The notes under the pieces were generated by a model that did not search any database, was not told the origin of the DNA, and saw only the letters and a list, made by a program, of their open reading frames with translations. Shown here one piece after another: positions 1 to 11,650 of a DNA stretch of 64,000 bases (its first letter is position 1; the number at the start of each line of letters is the position of its first letter). The position numbers and the translations under genes are program-made. The DNA lies in contig JBCCCO010000001.1 in the NCBI GenBank assembly GCA_039033475.1, positions 23,874 through 87,873 on the forward strand. Reading direction: 5' to 3'. This DNA is from Pseudomonadota bacterium (GTDB lineage Bacteria; Pseudomonadota; Alphaproteobacteria; Rhizobiales; CBDHHC01).

Positions 1-63
1 AAACCGAATTGCGGTCATTGATATCAAGCAGATCCTAACCGTAGAGCGTTGACAAGGTTTATT

Positions 64-576
64 ATGTCTCAAGAAAAGTGTAGTCAAAAAAATAGTTTTG
101 TTTTAGATGTGCCCCTATTTTCTGCGGTTTTAACGCCGTATCGCTCTCTTGGTCCAAAAGGTTTTGTTGTCTTTATGTGCTTGATTGGAATAATCAGTTT
201 TCTTGCTGGTGCATTCTTTTTATCTATCGGGGCATGGCCGGTAATGGGCTTTTTGTTTCTGGACGTGCTATTGATTTATCTTGCATTTAAAATGAATTAT
301 AATTCAGCGAAGGTTTATGAGACTGTTGATTTAATAGATGACTTGCTCACAATTACGCGTGTCATGCCATCTGGAAAAACAAAAACCTGGAATTTTAATG
401 CTTATTGGGTTCGCCTAGATGTGCAACAAGCACCAGGGTGTCCTGCGGTGATGTCTCTAGCCTCCCATGGAAATGTATTGGTATTCGGTCAGTTTCTAAC
501 AGATAATGAAAAATATGATTTTGCAAAAGCATTAAAAAAAGCACTTCGTGACTATCGGGGCGGTGACCACATTTAG
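64..576 (+). CDS. DUF2244-like integral membrane protein
   Basis: The ORF-track frame starts at 49, but the first ATG is at 64 (MSQEKCS). The motif LTPYRSLGPKGF followed by two adjacent hydrophobic helices is typical of the DUF2244 family. Confidence 0.55.
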   Translation: MSQEKCSQKNSFVLDVPLFSAVLTPYRSLGPKGFVVFMCLIGIISFLAGAFFLSIGAWPVMGFLFLDVLLIYLAFKMNYNSAKVYETVDLIDDLLTITRVMPSGKTKTWNFNAYWVRLDVQQAPGCPAVMSLASHGNVLVFGQFLTDNEKYDFAKALKKALRDYRGGDHI

Positions 577-691
577 GCCCAGAACCTAAGATACAGTTAT
601 CCACAGCTTATCACCAGATTTTTGAATTTACAGAGATGTAAACGTAATATGGGTCGCGTTTTTTTATATATTTCATTATATAGTGAATACT

Positions 692-1648
692 ATGCATGCT
701 AATTTGAAAAAAACTAAAAAGCCAATAGCTGAATTAGAGCATAACAGCATTGATTGTACCGGCAACTCGGAAGATAGTCATCTAAGTCAGTTGCGCACTG
801 ATTATGACTGTGTCTGTCAAATTATTTCCTACGCTGTCGCCCACTCCCGAGTATTTTCATCAAACGCAGCGCTCGCAGATGCTGTGAGTTTGAAGTTGGG
901 GCATCTTGAGACACATGTTAAGCATTGGGCTGGCTTGAATTTAACAGAGTTTTTAAAATCTTTAACGCCTGAGTATACGCGTAAAATGCTTCATGGTTCC
1001 GCAAGCCTGTTGCATATTGCTCATGAGCTTGGGGATACCGGTGCTACGTCGTTAGATAATTTGTTGATCAAACAAAAATCTATCAAAGTCACCGAGTTAA
1101 GACATTTTGAACCACGCCTTGTTGTCAGATTTGGGTTTCATGAAACGCCATTTGGTGTTGCTCTGATTATGGTTGCGCAAGACAGAATTTGTTCACTAGG
1201 ATTTTGCGATAATGCATCTGAGCAAGATGATTTATTGCAAGATATCATGACCAGATGGCCAGATGTTAGCTTTGAGCATGACCAGATTGATACGGCACCT
1301 TATATCCAACAAGTTTTTGCTCAGCAGGATGCATCTAGCCCAAAATCTCTTGATATTCTTCTTATTGGTACAGAATTTGAAATACGGGTTTGGAAAGCGT
1401 TATTAGAGGTTCCCGTAAGCCGGGCGGTCACTTACTCTGATATGGCGGAGCATCTTGGAAACCCCAATGCACAGCGAGCAGTTGGTACGGCTGTAGGGCG
1501 CAATCCAATTTCTTTTGTGGTTCCATGCCACCGCGTTTTACGCAAAGATGCAAGCCTTGGAGGGTATCATTGGGGGCTTGTGCGCAAGCAGGCAATGATT
1601 AGCTGGGAAGCGGGCAGACTGCGGGCTGAAGTTGAGATGATTGCATAA
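692..1648 (+). CDS. Ada-like regulator/methylated-DNA-protein-cysteine methyltransferase (AraC-type HTH region fused to an MGMT domain)
   Basis: The C-terminus carries the MGMT active-site motif VVPCHRVL and a GNPNAQRAVGTAVGRNP helix. The N-terminal half resembles an AraC-type HTH. The start is either GTG 683 or ATG 692. Confidence 0.8.
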   Translation: MHANLKKTKKPIAELEHNSIDCTGNSEDSHLSQLRTDYDCVCQIISYAVAHSRVFSSNAALADAVSLKLGHLETHVKHWAGLNLTEFLKSLTPEYTRKMLHGSASLLHIAHELGDTGATSLDNLLIKQKSIKVTELRHFEPRLVVRFGFHETPFGVALIMVAQDRICSLGFCDNASEQDDLLQDIMTRWPDVSFEHDQIDTAPYIQQVFAQQDASSPKSLDILLIGTEFEIRVWKALLEVPVSRAVTYSDMAEHLGNPNAQRAVGTAVGRNPISFVVPCHRVLRKDASLGGYHWGLVRKQAMISWEAGRLRAEVEMIA

Positions 1649-1680
1649 TGTGGCGATTACTCGCTTTGATGAAAATGAAT

Positions 1681-2094
1681 TCAATTTAAAGTTTGCAATC
1701 GTTCGATTTCCACTCCAACAGATGCGCATTCGCTGATAATGTCTGGTTTTTCGATGCAAACGCGCACTGCCAGGATGCGTCTGTCTTGCAAACAGTTTTC
1801 CGCAATTTGTTCGGCTAATGTTTCGATAAGATTGACGTGTTGCGCTGTGCAGATCATTTTTATATGACCCACTACGTTTTCATAGCATACGACGTTGCTT
1901 AATTTATCCTGATGACTTTCAGAGTCTTCCACGACATTCAGATCTACGGAAATGATTAGACGCTGAGGTGCTTTTTTTTCATGTTCGTGGACACCAACCG
2001 TTGCTAGAACTTCGAGAGATCTTACAAAAACGTGGCGCGTGCCACGCTTTGCATCGGCAAAAGCAAAAGGTCTGGAGTTTGGTTTTTCTGTCAT
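1681..2094 (-). CDS. folB: dihydroneopterin aldolase
   Basis: A 137 aa protein with a FolB-like pattern (VFVRSLEVLATVGVHEHEKKAPQRLIISVDL). It is adjacent to an SDR gene, as is often seen in alphaproteobacteria. Confidence 0.65.
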   Translation of the reverse strand: MTEKPNSRPFAFADAKRGTRHVFVRSLEVLATVGVHEHEKKAPQRLIISVDLNVVEDSESHQDKLSNVVCYENVVGHIKMICTAQHVNLIETLAEQIAENCLQDRRILAVRVCIEKPDIISECASVGVEIERLQTLN

Positions 2095-2118
2095 TTTTCG
2101 TGTTCCATTGAGAGGATT

Positions 2119-2913
2119 TTATGCTTTGGCCTGTTCCCCTTCAACACCTATAATATCAGGTGTTTGCCAAGCCAAATGCTGGCCATTGTCCAGGGCTAGC
2201 ATTTGTCCGGTCATTGAGGGTGTATTTATAATAAAATCTACAGCTGCGGCAATTTCTTTTGGGTCTGTGCTGCGTTCTAATAATGTTGCTTCGGCTTGTT
2301 TTGCAAATTGGTCTTTCGATTGATGAACGCTTTGTAAAACAGGACCAGGGCCAATTGCGTTGACACGAATGTTTGGGGCTAAGGCTTGGGCTAAAGTTTG
2401 GGTTGCCGTCCATAAGCCAGATTTGGCAATGGTGTAGGAGATAAACAGCGGGGTTAAACGCCAGACGCGCTGATCTATAATATTGATAATATTACCTTTT
2501 TTCTTCTTTTTCAGGGTGTTGGAAAAAGCTTGAGCTAAAAACACCGGAGCGCGCAAGTTGGTATCAATATGTGCTTGCCAACGTTCCGAAGTTAAATTTT
2601 CGATGTCATCATTTTTGAAAAGAGAAGCATTATTAATAAGGCATGTGGGGGTACCTAGATTTTTAACGCATTGTGGAATAAGGCTGGCGACATCGTCTTG
2701 AGAGGACAAATTCCCTCTAATCGCGACAGCTTTTTGGCCCTTTTTTTGAATCTCTGTTACGACCTTTTCAGCGGCATTGGCGGAGGTGTTGTAATGAAGT
2801 GCAATATCCCATCCATGGTCAGCCATGTTCAGGGCAATCGCCTTGCCAATACGTTGAGCTGCACCTGTAATTAAAGCGACGTTATGCTCTGTCTTTTGGG
2901 GTTGTTTTGCCAT
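2119..2913 (-). CDS. short-chain dehydrogenase/reductase (SDR) family oxidoreductase
   Basis: It has the N-terminal Rossmann motif ITGAAQRIGKAIA, NNAS, and a YxxxK-type catalytic region (YTIAKSGL). Confidence 0.8.
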   Translation of the reverse strand: MAKQPQKTEHNVALITGAAQRIGKAIALNMADHGWDIALHYNTSANAAEKVVTEIQKKGQKAVAIRGNLSSQDDVASLIPQCVKNLGTPTCLINNASLFKNDDIENLTSERWQAHIDTNLRAPVFLAQAFSNTLKKKKKGNIINIIDQRVWRLTPLFISYTIAKSGLWTATQTLAQALAPNIRVNAIGPGPVLQSVHQSKDQFAKQAEATLLERSTDPKEIAAAVDFIINTPSMTGQMLALDNGQHLAWQTPDIIGVEGEQAKA

Positions 2914-2968
2914 GGTGCCGTGTCATCGCGCGAACTTCTATAAGCCTGTACAATGGGCTTGATATCGC

Positions 2969-4003
2969 CTATTGGTCAATAAGTCCAGCTTCAATTGGTG
3001 TTTTGACAGCGTTGGTTTTGAGGTTTTTTGTGGCATAACTTGGATCAAGTGAATAGTAGATATAGGCAGCATAAAACAAAACAAAAGTCATTCCTGCCAT
3101 ACGGCTAATGCACATTCTTTGTAACACAAAGGGTGTGATAATAAGCGTTGCAAATAGCATCATCCAAAGATCAACACGCAAAAATTCTTGTGGCACTGGG
3201 ATTGGAGTAACCATGGAAGTTAATCCCATAATTGCCAGAATGTTAAATAGATTTGACCCAAGCACATTGCCTAGAGCTAAGCCGCACTGGCGACGAAGGG
3301 CTGCCATAACCGTTGTTACAAGCTCTGGCAAAGATGTACCCATGGCAACAATTGTCAAACCAATAACAGCTTCAGATATGCCAAATTCACGCGCAATACC
3401 AGTTGCGCCTTCAACAGTGAGATAGGCCCCGAGAGGAAGACCGAGAAGGCCAATGAGCATATATCCTGCAATTAAAAAAGGCTTTGTGCTTAAGCATTTT
3501 CCTGCGGAACATTGCAAAAATTCTAAGGTATCATCTGTGATATCTTTTGCAGCTTCTTCGTTGCTGGCTGCACGCACACCTGAATCAACAAGAAATACGA
3601 CCATTAATGCAAACAAAAGAGCCCCATGCCAAAATGCTAGGGGGCCATTGAAGCAAAGAATGATAAAAACGACACTAGCAAAAATAACAAAGAGGGTGTT
3701 CCGTCTGATGAAAGGTTGGTTGCAATTTGTTGCGTAAATAATAGCAGGAATGCCGAGGACCAAGAGCACGTTAGCAATATTGCTGCCAATAATATTGCCA
3801 ATTGTAATACCAGGAGCGCCGATCAAAGCAGCACGTAGCGAGACAACCAATTCAGGGGCTGATGTGCCAAAGGCAACAATCGTTAAGCCAATCACAAGCA
3901 TTGGTATTGAAAAGCGTACAGCTAGCGCGACAGCTCCCCTTACAAGGGTATCGCCACAGAGCACTAGGATTGCAAGGCCACTGATGAAAGATATATAAAT
4001 CAT
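2969..4003 (-). CDS. calcium/sodium:cation antiporter (CaCA/YrbG family)
   Basis: A polytopic membrane protein with the two alpha-repeat signatures GTSAPELVVS and GTSLPELVTT. Confidence 0.85.
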   Translation of the reverse strand: MIYISFISGLAILVLCGDTLVRGAVALAVRFSIPMLVIGLTIVAFGTSAPELVVSLRAALIGAPGITIGNIIGSNIANVLLVLGIPAIIYATNCNQPFIRRNTLFVIFASVVFIILCFNGPLAFWHGALLFALMVVFLVDSGVRAASNEEAAKDITDDTLEFLQCSAGKCLSTKPFLIAGYMLIGLLGLPLGAYLTVEGATGIAREFGISEAVIGLTIVAMGTSLPELVTTVMAALRRQCGLALGNVLGSNLFNILAIMGLTSMVTPIPVPQEFLRVDLWMMLFATLIITPFVLQRMCISRMAGMTFVLFYAAYIYYSLDPSYATKNLKTNAVKTPIEAGLIDQ

Positions 4004-4213
4004 AAAATTCTCTTAAAGCCCTATTACATTACTTTTCATTTTTTTGTGTGAGATGCGATGATGGGCATATGGTGAGAAAATATAAAAATAAAAGCCTATA
4101 TTGGAATATTTCTATTATTTGAGTTTTTCGCACCATAAATATTTTTTTCTTATTATATTCAATAGTTAAAGATGCTTTATTCACTTTGAGGTAACGGAAT
4201 AAGTTTCCAAACG

Positions 4214-5068
4214 TTAACCATTATCACCATCAAATACGCCACCTAATGGACCAAGAACAGAGCCTTCACCTTGGCCTCCCATCGGCCCTGCAGCAGCTAG
4301 CATGCGTCCGGCTAGACGAGAAAATGGTAAACTTTGCAGCCATACTTTCCCAGGTCCGGTAAGATTAGCAAAAAATAGCCCCTCACCGCCAAATATCATA
4401 GATTTTACTGAACCTGCACTAACAATATCATAATCAACATCTGATGTGAGTGCAGCAAGGCAGCCAGTATCAACCTGTAAAGTTTCTCCGGGCTTAAGTT
4501 GTTTTTCAATAACTGTGCCGCCGATATGGATAAATACCCAACCGTCACCTTCGAGTTTTTGCATAATAAAGCCCTCACCCCCAAATAATCCAGTGAGAAT
4601 TTTCTTTTGGAAATGAATTCCTATACTTACCCCTCTTGCAGCACACAAAAATGCATCTTTCTGACAAATCAACTGGCCATTTAAATCACTTAATTTAATG
4701 CCCAAGATATGCCCGGGGTAGGGCGCGGCAAATGCTACACGTGCCTTGCCTTGTCCTTCATGGGTAAATAAAGTTGAAAACAGACTTTCTCCAGTCAACA
4801 ATCTTTTGCCCGCTCCAGTGATTTTTCCTAAAAAACCGCTATTTTCATTTGCTTTTGAGCCGTCTCCAAAAATCGTATCCATTGTGATCTGGCTATCTTT
4901 AAACATCATTGCGCCAGCCTCGGCAATTGCACTTTCGCCTGGGTCAAGTTCGATTTCAACGAATTGCATTTCGGAGCCTTTAATTTCAAAATCAATATCA
5001 TCTGATAGCTGTGATGTTCTGGTGTGCCGCGTTGTTGGTACTGAGGGAACTGATCCAAAAATAGGCAT
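4214..5068 (-). CDS. AIM24/TIGR00266 (DUF124) family protein
   Basis: The pattern MQFVEIELDPGESAIAEAGAMM and the Gly-rich C-terminus are characteristic of the AIM24 family. Confidence 0.65.
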   Translation of the reverse strand: MPIFGSVPSVPTTRHTRTSQLSDDIDFEIKGSEMQFVEIELDPGESAIAEAGAMMFKDSQITMDTIFGDGSKANENSGFLGKITGAGKRLLTGESLFSTLFTHEGQGKARVAFAAPYPGHILGIKLSDLNGQLICQKDAFLCAARGVSIGIHFQKKILTGLFGGEGFIMQKLEGDGWVFIHIGGTVIEKQLKPGETLQVDTGCLAALTSDVDYDIVSAGSVKSMIFGGEGLFFANLTGPGKVWLQSLPFSRLAGRMLAAAGPMGGQGEGSVLGPLGGVFDGDNG

Positions 5069-5225
5069 TATTTAAAACCTGTTATGAGTGTTGGCTGATA
5101 ATTTTTATAAGGATTTGTGATTGTGTTTTAATCTCAATAAGCCTGCAATTATGAAAGGTATATTTAATATTTTTTGACTATAACTATAAAAATAATAACT
5201 TATTTTTCATTTTCCAGAGCGCGTG

Positions 5226-6902
5226 ATGACAGCTTTCTATAACAAGAAAATTAAATCTTCAAATAGTGGTGTTGGTTTCCAAAAAAAATTGGATGGTATC
5301 TCGTTATTAACCTGGATGTCATGTCTTGTTTTTTTAACAGTTTCAATATTTCTAATACTGGGCGGTATGTACATTTATTCCGATTATGAAAACGGAAAAC
5401 GTCTTGCTACAAATAACACATATATTCTCTTTGCAAGAGATATTCTGACAGCACAAGGCAAATATGAAACAGCCCTCAGCACAGTCGAATATGCCGATAA
5501 AGTTCCGACTTCCTATTTAAGCCAAAAAATTAATGCTTTCGTTACAGCCATTGAAACACTGAAAAATAGCAATCAGATTGAGGCTTTGAAAAATTATACC
5601 GATAGTCTAGGTCAAGCTGCTAAAGAGTTGAAACAAGCTCTTGAAAAAAGTCCAATTGATATCAAAGGGTTAAAAAGTAATCTCAGTAAAATGGGAGATA
5701 TCCTGTCAACATTTTCATTTATCGCTTCTGAGGGCAGTCAAGCCGAATGGAAAAATATGATGCAGGGAAATAAGAATAACTTTCAGATCATTTTTTCAAT
5801 TATCGCGCTGGGTACACTTTTGGTGTGTTTGCTTGGCTTCTTTATCATTAGCCGGATCCGTAGTGTCCTCAATAATGTTATCCGCATCAATAAAGCGGTA
5901 AGTGAGGGAAATGCAGATGTTGAGATACCAACAGGTCTTGATAAGACTGAAGTCGGTAAGCTTTATGCAGCGTTGCAAATTTTCCGCGATAACATAAAAG
6001 AGCGTGCAGAGCTACAAGCTGCACAAAAGCATGAACAGGCGCAACAAGAAGAACGACAAAGAAATGTTGAAATGCTTATCAGTGAATTCCGAGCGAGCAT
6101 TCAGACGTCTTTGCAGTCAGTTACGACGAACGTAGACGAAATGTTGCGCGTTGCAAATTCTTTAGCTTCTGTCGCAGAAGATACATCGGGTAAAGCCGCA
6201 GACACAGCTGATATGTCACAAACATCTTCCCAAAAAGCGCAGAGCGTTGCCTCGGCAACAGAGCAATTGGCGGGCTCTATAAGTGAAGTTAACCAGCAAG
6301 TTAATGATGCCAGTCAGGTGGTAGCGCAAGTCAATGATGAAGCGCGGCAAACCAATCAAAAAGTTGCTCATCTCTCAGAAGCGGCGAATAAAATTGGTGA
6401 AGTCATGACTATCATTCAGGATATAGCGGAGCAGACCAATTTACTTGCGTTAAATGCTACAATCGAAGCTGCTCGTGCGGGTGAAATGGGCAAAGGGTTT
6501 GCTGTTGTGGCATCGGAGGTGAAAACCCTCGCCAATCAAACAGCCAAAGCAACAGAAGAAATTGCAGCGCAAATTACTGCGATACAAAATTCAACTGGGG
6601 ATGCAGTTACGGCTATCAAGTCCATTAGTGATAAGCTAGAAAGCGTCAATAAATCTACAATTACCATCTCAGAATCTGTAAATCACCAAGGCGTTGCGAC
6701 AGAAGATATCTCGCAAAATATTTTGCTTGTGTCCTCTGGCATCTCGCATGTTGCAGAGAATGTTGGAGCGGTGACATCGGTTGCTTCAGAAGCGACACAA
6801 ACTGCTGCGTATGTAAATACGGTATCATCTGACGTTGCAGAGAAAACAGAGCAACTGCATCATGATATTGATGCTTTTCTTAAAAAAGTGGCGAGTGTTT
6901 AG
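5226..6902 (+). CDS. methyl-accepting chemotaxis protein
   Basis: It has two TM segments, a HAMP-like region and the highly conserved signalling hairpin [31 protein letters not shown]. Confidence 0.9.
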   Translation: MTAFYNKKIKSSNSGVGFQKKLDGISLLTWMSCLVFLTVSIFLILGGMYIYSDYENGKRLATNNTYILFARDILTAQGKYETALSTVEYADKVPTSYLSQKINAFVTAIETLKNSNQIEALKNYTDSLGQAAKELKQALEKSPIDIKGLKSNLSKMGDILSTFSFIASEGSQAEWKNMMQGNKNNFQIIFSIIALGTLLVCLLGFFIISRIRSVLNNVIRINKAVSEGNADVEIPTGLDKTEVGKLYAALQIFRDNIKERAELQAAQKHEQAQQEERQRNVEMLISEFRASIQTSLQSVTTNVDEMLRVANSLASVAEDTSGKAADTADMSQTSSQKAQSVASATEQLAGSISEVNQQVNDASQVVAQVNDEARQTNQKVAHLSEAANKIGEVMTIIQDIAEQTNLLALNATIEAARAGEMGKGFAVVASEVKTLANQTAKATEEIAAQITAIQNSTGDAVTAIKSISDKLESVNKSTITISESVNHQGVATEDISQNILLVSSGISHVAENVGAVTSVASEATQTAAYVNTVSSDVAEKTEQLHHDIDAFLKKVASV

Positions 6903-6903
6903 C

Positions 6904-7533
6904 CTAAGCAATCCCGATTATCTTATGGTTTTGTAAGCTTAAGCGCCATTTGGGGTGGGCTTTGCAATATTCTATTGTTTTTTCGAGATTTTCAGCTTTG
7001 TCTGGGGCATCCATTGGTTGTAAGAAGAAGTGCTTGAAATCAAGATGGATGAGTTCATCCGGGTTTTGACCCGCTTGCGGGTAGACCACTTTAAGCTCAT
7101 CGCCAGAAGTTTGGTGTAGGGTGCTACCTGCTTTAGGACTCACACAGATCCAATCGATTGTTTTTGGGACGGGTAGGGTGCCATTGGTTTCGATAGCGAT
7201 TTGAAAGTTAAGGGCGTGCAGGGCGTTAATGATGTTTTCATCAATTTGTAGCATAGGTTCACCGCCTGTCAGGACAATAAAAGGTGAAATATCAGGATCT
7301 GGCCAGAGGTTAAAGCATGATTGCGCCAGTGCCTCGGCGGTGTTAAATTTGCCGCCATTGATGCCATCTGTCCCAACAAAATCTGTATCGCAAAATTGGC
7401 ATACAGCAGTGTGACGATCCTGCTCTCGTCCGGACCATAAGTTGCACCCCGTAAAGCGGCAAAATATTGCAGCACGGCCGCTTTGTGCGCCTTCTCCTTG
7501 TAAGGTGTAGTATATTTCTTTAACGGAATACAT
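6904..7533 (-). CDS. queE: 7-carboxy-7-deazaguanine synthase
   Basis: It has the radical-SAM N-terminus YTLQGEGAQSGRAAIFCRFTGCNLWSG. It sits adjacent to queC. Confidence 0.85.
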   Translation of the reverse strand: MYSVKEIYYTLQGEGAQSGRAAIFCRFTGCNLWSGREQDRHTAVCQFCDTDFVGTDGINGGKFNTAEALAQSCFNLWPDPDISPFIVLTGGEPMLQIDENIINALHALNFQIAIETNGTLPVPKTIDWICVSPKAGSTLHQTSGDELKVVYPQAGQNPDELIHLDFKHFFLQPMDAPDKAENLEKTIEYCKAHPKWRLSLQNHKIIGIA

Positions 7534-7548
7534 CAGGTCCCAATGGCT

Positions 7549-8268
7549 CTACTGCTGTGCTTGAATTTGTTGTTGCCAAGTGTGGTACCCTTTTGCGCGT
7601 AATGTGCACGCTGGGCAATGCCCGCATCCAAAGCCCCAAGGGTGTTTTTTATCGCGTTTTCCCAAATAGCATGTATGAGTGTGTTCTATAATAAGTTTAA
7701 CAAGTGCATGGCCGCCCAGCTTGTGCGCCATTGCCCAGGTTGCTGCTTTGTCGATATGCATTAAGGGGGTGATGATTTGAAACTGAGCCTCGGTGCCCAG
7801 AGATATTGCCTGTTCTAAGGCTTTGAGTGTGGTTTCACGGCAATCTGGATATCCAGAATAATCAGTCTCGCACATGCCACCCACTAGATCAAATAGCGAG
7901 CGGCGGTAGCCAAGCGCTGCCGCATAAGTGAAAAATAGCAAATTTCTTCCTGGAACAAAGGTATTCGGCAGCCCGGCATCGGTCATGGTAATTTCAGCAT
8001 CTCCGGTGAGTGCGGTATCTGAAACTTGGCCAAGGGTTTCTAGTTTTAAAACATGATCTGCGCCGCGTTTTTCTGCCCACTGTGGGAAGGTTTGATCAAG
8101 TGCAGTTAGGACATTTTGCCGGCAAGACAGCTCGATATCATGGCGCTGGCCATAGTCAAAGCCAATGGTTTCAACGGTTTCGTATGTTTCAAGTGCCCAG
8201 GCAAGGCAAACTGTTGAGTCTTGCCCACCGGAAAACAATACCAAAGCTGAAGTTCTATCAAGTGTCAT
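7549..8268 (-). CDS. queC: 7-cyano-7-deazaguanine synthase
   Basis: It has the PP-loop [10 protein letters not shown] and a C-terminal Cys cluster (CGHCPAC). The start is probably the internal ATG at 8268 ([15 protein letters not shown]) rather than 8298. Confidence 0.9.
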   Translation of the reverse strand: MTLDRTSALVLFSGGQDSTVCLAWALETYETVETIGFDYGQRHDIELSCRQNVLTALDQTFPQWAEKRGADHVLKLETLGQVSDTALTGDAEITMTDAGLPNTFVPGRNLLFFTYAAALGYRRSLFDLVGGMCETDYSGYPDCRETTLKALEQAISLGTEAQFQIITPLMHIDKAATWAMAHKLGGHALVKLIIEHTHTCYLGKRDKKHPWGFGCGHCPACTLRAKGYHTWQQQIQAQQ

Positions 8269-8436
8269 AAATGATGTAATAATACATTGAAAAAACAAAG
8301 GGAAATATAAAAATCAGGAGTTGCAAAAATCCAGCTCTGGGCTATGTATCAATAAAGCTCGGAAAGAAACCCTGTGTGATTGTGCGAAACTTTTTGCAAA
8401 ACTAAGCTTATGGACGAGTATATACCAAACAGGCAA

Positions 8437-8576
8437 CGTCGTCATCCCGGCCAAGTACATGGCTATTGCAGATTAGATTTTAAAGCGCAACGCATACCGT
8501 CATCCCCGCGAAAGCGGGGATCTCGCTGCTATTTTTATTGAGATTCCAGCTTTCGCTGGAATGACAGGCTGAGGGG
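8437..8576. repeat. ~130-140 bp MITE-like palindromic repeat, copy A (GTCATYCC...GGRATGAC hairpin modules)
   Basis: 8478-8576 aligns almost base for base with the reverse complement of 40693-40790. It contains the hairpins tccccgcgaaagcgggga and ttccagctttcgctggaa, plus a third half-module at 8441. Confidence 0.8.
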
Positions 8577-8605
8577 GGCAGATTTGCTTTTAATATTGAT
8601 TTTAA

Positions 8606-9889
<1,284 letters not shown>

Positions 9890-9901
9890 AAAAGATAAGT
9901 G

Positions 9902-9920
9902 CTTTATGTCCTGAGCCTAG
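9902..9920 (+). repeat. short dispersed motif containing GTCCTGAGCC, copy 1
   Basis: The sequence ctttatgtcctgagcctag lies 13 nt after the eno stop. The same 10-mer occurs at 22309, 51016 and 62498. Confidence 0.45.
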
Positions 9921-9998
9921 ATCTTAATGAAATCTTAACTGGACGTTCTATAGTTTGCGGGAAGAATATATCTGATGATTATATATAATTAGGCAGTT

Positions 9999-10316
9999 AT
10001 GAGACTTCCTTTAATACACTATGGCAGGGGCTTATTGACGACAGCGCTGTTGATTTGTCTGGCTGGTTATTTTATTTTCCATGCCATAGAAGGTGCTTAT
10101 GGCTTGCGAGCTCGGGTTATCTTAAAACAGAAACTAAGCGCGTTAGAGGTTGAGTTTAAAGCATTAAGTGTTCGACGCAAAAAATTGGAGCATAAAATCA
10201 GTTTGATGCAATCTGAAAAACTGGATCCTGATATGCTTGATGAACAGGCGCGCCGTTTACTGAATATGGCTCATCCTGATGATATTGTCATATTGCGCCA
10301 AGTTTCTCCGCGTTAG
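9999..10316 (+). CDS. ftsB: septum formation initiator (FtsB/DivIC family)
   Basis: A 105 aa protein with an N-terminal TM helix followed by a coiled coil. It occupies the conserved position between eno and pdhA. Confidence 0.7.
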   Translation: MRLPLIHYGRGLLTTALLICLAGYFIFHAIEGAYGLRARVILKQKLSALEVEFKALSVRRKKLEHKISLMQSEKLDPDMLDEQARRLLNMAHPDDIVILRQVSPR

Positions 10317-10548
10317 GTTGTTTTGCGTTGGCCGATCCAAGTTAAACGCAGAATATTTTCATCATAGTAATCTCAACGTATTGTTCTCATTGATTTTGCA
10401 TCGTTTTAAGACTTAAACATTCGTGTGAAATGTGTCAGAAAATCTAGCTATATTTCGATAGATCGTGTAATAACTTAAATTAATGCGAACTTAAGAAACG
10501 AAGACAAACACAAATTTAGTGTGTGTACCATCTTTACAAGGAGGTGTC

Positions 10549-11598
10549 ATGGCCCAATCTGGTGTGTCTGTTTCGCTAACAGACAGTCAAACCCATTCTT
10601 TATCGAATTTGTCAAACAGTCCCGATATTTTACCATTTACCAAAGACCAAGAGCTTTATGCTTATCGTGAAATGCTTTTAATTCGTAGATTCGAAGAAAA
10701 GGCAGGCCAACTTTATGGCATGGGCTATATAGGTGGTTTTTGCCATCTTTACATTGGTCAAGAAGCCGTTGTGGTTGGCGTCAAAATGGCTGTGAGAGAC
10801 GATGATCAGGTGATTACAACATATCGGGATCACGGGCATATGCTTGCATGTGGGATGGATCCCAAGGGTGTTATGGCAGAGCTAACCGGTCGCCAGGGGG
10901 GATATTCACGCGGTAAAGGCGGCTCTATGCATATGTTCTCAAAAGAAAAAAGCTTTTATGGAGGTCATGGTATTGTTGGGGCCTCTGTTGCTTTAGGGGG
11001 GGGACTTGCTTTTGCGAACAGATACGAAAGTAACGATAAAATTTGTCTGTGCTATTTTGGTGATGGCGCTGCAAACCAAGGTCAGGTTTATGAGACATTT
11101 AATATGGCCAAGTTATGGAAGTTGCCCATCATCTTTATTATTGAAAACAATAAGTATGCGATGGGAACATCTATTGAAAGATCATCTTCAACCACAGATT
11201 TGTCGCAACGCGGCGTAAGTTTCGGTATTCCTGGTGAGCAGGTTGATGGTATGGACGTGCGCGCTGTTAAAGCGGCAGCTGATCGCATTGCAGCAAGAAC
11301 GCGCGCAGGCGAAGGACCTTATATTCTCGAAATTTTGACATACCGGTATCGTGGTCATTCCATGTCTGATCCTGCCAAATACCGCTCTAAAGAGGAAGTG
11401 CAAAAATATCGTCAGGAACAAGACCCGATTGAACAGGTGCGTCAGCGCATTCTTGGTGCAGGGTATATGGATGAAGCAGGGCTAAAACAAATTGATAAAG
11501 GCATTCGCGCTGTGGTAAACGAAGCAGCAGAATTTGCTCAAAATGACCCTGAACCGGATCCAGCAGAACTTTATACGGATATATTAGCAAGCGCTTAA
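10549..11598 (+). CDS. pdhA: pyruvate dehydrogenase E1 component alpha subunit
   Basis: It has the ThDP-binding region [12 protein letters not shown]...[10 protein letters not shown] and [14 protein letters not shown] 10549 is preceded by aaggagg at 10538-10544, so the GTG at 10519 in the ORF track is unlikely to be the start. Confidence 0.95.
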   Translation: MAQSGVSVSLTDSQTHSLSNLSNSPDILPFTKDQELYAYREMLLIRRFEEKAGQLYGMGYIGGFCHLYIGQEAVVVGVKMAVRDDDQVITTYRDHGHMLACGMDPKGVMAELTGRQGGYSRGKGGSMHMFSKEKSFYGGHGIVGASVALGGGLAFANRYESNDKICLCYFGDGAANQGQVYETFNMAKLWKLPIIFIIENNKYAMGTSIERSSSTTDLSQRGVSFGIPGEQVDGMDVRAVKAAADRIAARTRAGEGPYILEILTYRYRGHSMSDPAKYRSKEEVQKYRQEQDPIEQVRQRILGAGYMDEAGLKQIDKGIRAVVNEAAEFAQNDPEPDPAELYTDILASA

Positions 11599-11650
11599 AG
11601 CTGATAAAAATGATAATTTGGGAAGAAACGTTTTTAATTTAAGAGATAGA

